Positions 60,546-64,000 of a stretch of 64,000 nt of DNA are shown here, in pieces. Position numbers and translations under genes: made by a program. The notes under the pieces were generated by a model. That model was not told the origin of the DNA. It saw only the letters and a program-made list of their open reading frames with translations, and made no database searches. Position 1 is the first letter of the stretch. Every line of letters starts with the position of its first letter. Source of the stretch: Clostridiaceae bacterium (GTDB lineage: Bacteria > Bacillota > Clostridia > Saccharofermentanales > UBA5734); assembly GCA_012523135.1 (NCBI GenBank), contig JAAYJD010000142.1, positions 27,294 through 91,293 on the forward strand, read 5' to 3'.

Positions 60546-60905
60546 ATGATTACGATTAACCTGCAGCATGGCCCGGATGGCTGGATTGAAACGTTCAGCG
60601 CCTCGGGGCATGCCGGATACGCCGCAGACGGTCCGGATATCATCTGCGCAGCCATATCGGTTCTGGCGCAGACCGCCATCGGCAGCCTGCAGGAACTGGC
60701 CGGCATCGACCCGCCGCGCCAGCTTGAAAACGGTTTGATCCGCTTCACACTGCCGGACATGGCAGGGCTGACCGGCGTTCAGGTCCAGACGGCGAAGCTC
60801 CTGATGCAATCACTGGTCATCGGATGCAAGCAGATCCAGGCCAGTTACGGCAGCCGCTACATCCGCTTTCGGCACAGACAAGACCAAGGAGGTCCTGCAA
60901 GATGA
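60546..60905 (+). CDS. ribosomal-processing cysteine protease Prp
   Basis: It lies between rplU and rpmA and has SGHAGYA...[10 protein letters not shown] (His/Cys dyad context). Confidence 0.85.
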   Translation: MITINLQHGPDGWIETFSASGHAGYAADGPDIICAAISVLAQTAIGSLQELAGIDPPRQLENGLIRFTLPDMAGLTGVQVQTAKLLMQSLVIGCKQIQASYGSRYIRFRHRQDQGGPAR

Positions 60906-61183
60906 TTTACATTGATTTACAGCTGCTGGCTCATAAGAAAGGTGTTGGCAGCACCCGCAACGGCCGCGATTCCGAATCCAAGCGGCTCGGCACAAAAAAA
61001 GGTGACGGTCAGCAGGTGCTGGCCGGCAATATCCTGGTTCGCCAACGCGGCACGAAAATCCACCCGGGCGAAAATGTCGGCCGGGGATCTGACGACACGC
61101 TGTTCGCCAAGATCAGCGGCCAAGTCAAATTCGAGCGCCTTGGCAAAGCCAGGAAGCAAGTCAGCGTATATCCTGCATCCTAA
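60902..61183 (+). CDS. rpmA: 50S ribosomal protein L27 with N-terminal propeptide
   Basis: [29 protein letters not shown]. The 9-aa extension comes before the conserved AHKKG. Confidence 0.95.
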   Translation: MIYIDLQLLAHKKGVGSTRNGRDSESKRLGTKKGDGQQVLAGNILVRQRGTKIHPGENVGRGSDDTLFAKISGQVKFERLGKARKQVSVYPAS

Positions 61184-61246
61184 CGGAATATCAGCAGGGT
61201 ACGGCGCCTGTCCGGCCAGTTTACCGGCCGGGCGCGAAGCCGTTCG

Positions 61247-61277
61247 TCCGGCCGCGTAAACGGCCGGATTTTTTTTT
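61247..61277 (+). terminator. intrinsic terminator after rpmA
   Basis: TCCGGCCG pairs with CGGCCGGA (61247-61268), followed by T9. Confidence 0.85.
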
Positions 61278-61295
61278 CAGGCGGAGGGCCAGACA

Positions 61296-62564
61296 GTGTT
61301 TATTGATCGCGTACGCATGACCGTCAGTGCCGGCAACGGCGGTGACGGCGCCGTGTCGTTCCATACCGAGAAATATGTCCCTAACGGCGGACCTGACGGC
61401 GGCGACGGCGGGCGCGGCGGCGATGTCGTTTTCGTCGCCCGAAGCGGCCTGAGCACGCTGCAGGCCTTTCGTTACCGGCGCAAGTTCCAGGCCGAGCACG
61501 GCCAGAAGGGCGGCACCCGCAAGCAGTATGGCCGCAGCGGCCAGAACCTGGAACTGGATGTGCCTGTCGGTACATTGGTCAGGGAAGCGGAAACCGGCCA
61601 CATCGTGGCGGATCTGGTTGAGGATGGCCAGCGCGCCGTGATCGCCAAGGGCGGCCGGGGCGGCAAAGGCAACACCCATTTTGCCAATAGCGTCCGCCAG
61701 GCTCCGCGCTTTGCGCGGGCCGGCGAGGCCGGCGATTCGCTCGACCTGATTGTCGAGCTCAAGCTGATTGCGGATGTCGGCCTGGTTGGTTTCCCCAACG
61801 CCGGCAAGTCAACCTTGCTGTCTGTCGTTTCAGAGGCGAAGCCCAAGATCGGCGACTACCCTTTCACAACCGTCGAGCCTGGCCTGGGCGTGGTCACGGT
61901 CGGCGACACCAGCTTCGTCATGGCGGACATTCCCGGCCTGATCGCCGGAGCCCACACGGGCCTTGGCCTGGGCCTGGCGTTCTTGCGCCACATCGAGCGC
62001 ACGCGCCTGCTGGTGCATGTGGTCGACATGTCACCCGATTCAGGCAACGAGCCGCTGGCCGGTTTCGACCAGATCAACAACGAGCTGGCCAGCTACGACC
62101 CCGGCCTGGCCAGCCGCCCCCAGATTGTCGCGCTGAACAAGACCGACCTGGCCGATCCGGAGGTGCTCCGGCAGACCGAAAACGCGCTGCGCGAACGCGG
62201 CTGCCCGGTTTTCCCCATCTGCGCGCCGATCGGGGAAGGTGTCACGGCCCTGATCCAGGCAGTGGCCGCCGCCGTGCAATCCCTGCCGCCGGTTCAGCTT
62301 TTCGACCCGGAAAAGGAACGAACCCTTTACCGCCTGGAAACCGGTCCGCTCTTTGAGATCAAGCGGGAGGAGGACGTCTACCGGGTCAGCGGCGACTGGA
62401 TCGAGAACCTGGTCCGCTCGACCAACTTCGACCAGCATGAATCGCTGCATTATTTCCAGCGGCTGATCCGGCGCAAAGGCGTCATCGAGAGCCTGGAAAA
62501 AGCCGGAATTCAGGAAGGCGATCTGGTCGACCTGGCCGGTTTTGAATTCAATTATTATCCTTGA
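61296..62564 (+). CDS. obg: GTPase Obg
   Basis: It has FIDRVRMTVSAGNGGDG, a G1 motif GFPNAGKST, and a C-terminal OCT domain. The start is GTG. Confidence 0.95.
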   Translation: MFIDRVRMTVSAGNGGDGAVSFHTEKYVPNGGPDGGDGGRGGDVVFVARSGLSTLQAFRYRRKFQAEHGQKGGTRKQYGRSGQNLELDVPVGTLVREAETGHIVADLVEDGQRAVIAKGGRGGKGNTHFANSVRQAPRFARAGEAGDSLDLIVELKLIADVGLVGFPNAGKSTLLSVVSEAKPKIGDYPFTTVEPGLGVVTVGDTSFVMADIPGLIAGAHTGLGLGLAFLRHIERTRLLVHVVDMSPDSGNEPLAGFDQINNELASYDPGLASRPQIVALNKTDLADPEVLRQTENALRERGCPVFPICAPIGEGVTALIQAVAAAVQSLPPVQLFDPEKERTLYRLETGPLFEIKREEDVYRVSGDWIENLVRSTNFDQHESLHYFQRLIRRKGVIESLEKAGIQEGDLVDLAGFEFNYYP

Positions 62565-62587
62565 TCACACAGGAGAAGGAGAATCCC

Positions 62588-62893
62588 ATGCTCAGCAGCA
62601 AACAGCGCGCCTGGCTCAGGTCTTGCGCCAACACGATGGAAGCCAGCTTTCATGTCGGCAAGGAACCCTGGAACCAGGCGATGACCGACAGCCTCGCCGA
62701 GTTGCTCTCAACACACGAACTGGTCAAAGCCGTCGTCCTCAAATCGGCCGCGGAGGCCGTCCGGACGATTGCCGTCCAGGCGGCCCAGACGGTCGGTGCC
62801 GAGGTCGTCCAGGTGATCGGGCGGCGTTTCGTCCTCTACAAGCCGTCTGAGAAGCTGGCCCGCCTTGGCAAGTCGCTGCTGCTGCCCCTGTAA
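62588..62893 (+). CDS. yhbY: ribosome assembly RNA-binding protein YhbY (CRM domain)
   Basis: MLSSKQRAWLRS.A......F.VGK...........L..HELVK. The RBS is AGGAGAAGGAG. Confidence 0.85.
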   Translation: MLSSKQRAWLRSCANTMEASFHVGKEPWNQAMTDSLAELLSTHELVKAVVLKSAAEAVRTIAVQAAQTVGAEVVQVIGRRFVLYKPSEKLARLGKSLLLPL

Positions 62894-62963
62894 CATTTGC
62901 GGTGGTCAGACGGGCGTCAAATCGTTATAATGGTAATATCTTGTGAAAGCGAGGGCTTTTGGC

Positions 62964-63125
62964 ATGAAGAAATACGTATGCAACTTGTGCGGCTATGTCT
63001 ACGACCCGGAGGCGGGTGATCCGGATAACGGTGTTGATCCGGGCACGGCTTTCGAGGACCTTCCGGAAGACTGGGTGTGCCCGCTGTGCGGTGCCAGCCA
63101 GGATGACTTCAGTCCGGAAGACTGA
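62964..63125 (+). CDS. rubredoxin
   Basis: [15 protein letters not shown]...DWVCPLCGA (two CxxCG knuckles). Confidence 0.95.
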   Translation: MKKYVCNLCGYVYDPEAGDPDNGVDPGTAFEDLPEDWVCPLCGASQDDFSPED

Positions 63126-63140
63126 TCGACACACAGATTT

Positions 63141-63176
63141 TATGAAGGCGCATCCATGTTCGGGTGCGCCTTCATA
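63141..63176 (+). other. 12-bp hairpin between rubredoxin and flavodiiron genes (no U-tract)
   Basis: TATGAAGGCGCA at 63141-63152 pairs with TGCGCCTTCATA at 63165-63176. Confidence 0.5.
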
Positions 63177-63201
63177 ACGCTGTGAAAGGAGTGGAAACAT
63201 C

Positions 63202-64000
63202 ATGACTGTTTTGCCCATTGGAGACAGGATTTTCGAAGTCGGCGCCAGCCATCCGGAACGCCAGCTGTTCGACTGCCTGATGCCGACGCCGCATGGGACA
63301 ACGTATAACGCCTACCTGATCGAAGGCAGCGAAAAGACGGCCCTGATCGATGCGGTTGACCCGCTGAAAACCGACGTCCTGATGAACAACCTGAAGGAAG
63401 CCGGGGTCGAGAAAATCGACTACCTCATCTCCCTGCACACCGAACAGGATCATTCCGGTTCCAATGCGGCTGTCCTGAACCGCTTCCCCATGGCCCAGGT
63501 CGTGGGCAGCGAAAAGGTTCGGGAGATGCTGGCGACGCATCTGAACTTCGATCCGGACAAGGTCCGGGTCGTCAAGGAGGGCGAGCGGCTCTCCCTGGGC
63601 GACAAAACGCTGCAGTTCACCCTGATCCCCTTTGCCCACTGGCCGGACAACACGATGGTCTGGCTGGAGGAGGACCGCATCCTGTTCTCAAGCGACCTGT
63701 TCGGTTCGCATTACGCGACGCCCAAAGCGTTTGCGACATCCAGCGCCGAGCAGCGCGTCGCCGCCAAGGCCTACTATGCCGAGATCATGATGCCGTTTCG
63801 CCAGCAGATCACCCGCTATACCGCCCGGGTGCGCCAATTGAATCCGCGCCTGATCGCGCCAGCGCACGGACCTGTATGGTATAACCCGGACCTGATCCTG
63901 AGCCGGTACGAGAAATGGACCGGTGACGGTGTGAAAAAGCTGGTCACTATTCCCTATGTCAGCATGCACGACAGCACGCGCCTGATGGTGGAACGGCTGG
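63202..64000 (+). CDS. flavodiiron protein (metallo-beta-lactamase-like N-domain), 3' end outside window
   Basis: This ORF is not in the track because it has no stop inside the window. My own translation gives MTVLPIGDRIFEVG...TYNAYLI...LHTEQDHSGS (HxExDH) ...FSSDLFGSHY. Confidence 0.85.
   Translation, partial: MTVLPIGDRIFEVGASHPERQLFDCLMPTPHGTTYNAYLIEGSEKTALIDAVDPLKTDVLMNNLKEAGVEKIDYLISLHTEQDHSGSNAAVLNRFPMAQVVGSEKVREMLATHLNFDPDKVRVVKEGERLSLGDKTLQFTLIPFAHWPDNTMVWLEEDRILFSSDLFGSHYATPKAFATSSAEQRVAAKAYYAEIMMPFRQQITRYTARVRQLNPRLIAPAHGPVWYNPDLILSRYEKWTGDGVKKLVTIPYVSMHDSTRLMVERL

Overview
All family names below come from reading the translations and recalling conserved motifs. I ran no search, HMM or folding tool, and every GC statement is an eyeball estimate.

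The window is a high-GC (roughly low-to-mid 60s %) Firmicutes/Clostridia-type chromosomal segment. Markers pointing that way are Prp plus an N-terminally extended L27, SpoVG, a Spo0A-C-like protein, feoAB and rubredoxin/flavodiiron protein. I call about 67 protein genes, 1 tRNA and no rRNA, CRISPR array, integrase or transposase.

Most of the window is housekeeping:
- Left part: glgP (partial), ligA, cyclophilin, feoA-feoB-Cys-rich-dtxR-like operon, hup, Fe-S fumarate hydratase, and a small sugar cluster.
- Right part: leuS, traX, mreB, rho, rpmE, prmC, prfA, sua5 fused to ywlE, rpsF-ssb-rpsR, rplI-dnaB, tilS-hpt-ftsH, murC, spoVG, glpK, rplU-prp-rpmA-obg-yhbY, and rubredoxin plus flavodiiron protein (partial).

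The non-ordinary part lies at about 18.8-29 kb:
- A tRNA-Thr(UGU) is followed directly by a clearly AT-richer insertion (about 18.9-21.3 kb). It carries a ThrRS that lacks the TGS domain and has no histidine in what is left of the editing region. The gene sits behind a candidate T-box/attenuator leader and is flanked by imperfect direct repeats.
- Next come a translationally coupled amino-acid permease and YtcJ-type amidohydrolase pair, a three-gene ABC-2 exporter operon, and a stop-riddled decayed stretch.
- The block ends with a MerR-GGDEF fusion gene preceded by a textbook MerR-type promoter (19-bp spacer, 7-7-7 dyad).

Other points worth a second look are an in-frame TAG splitting a small membrane-protein gene, a receiver-less Spo0A-C paralogue, a lipoprotein serpin, a Sua5/arginine-phosphatase-type fusion, and an AT-rich GTTAAC-N4-GTTAAC dyad on the feoA promoter. 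I did not find a recognisable defence or toxin system. The many long antisense ORFs in the track are treated as high-GC artefacts.
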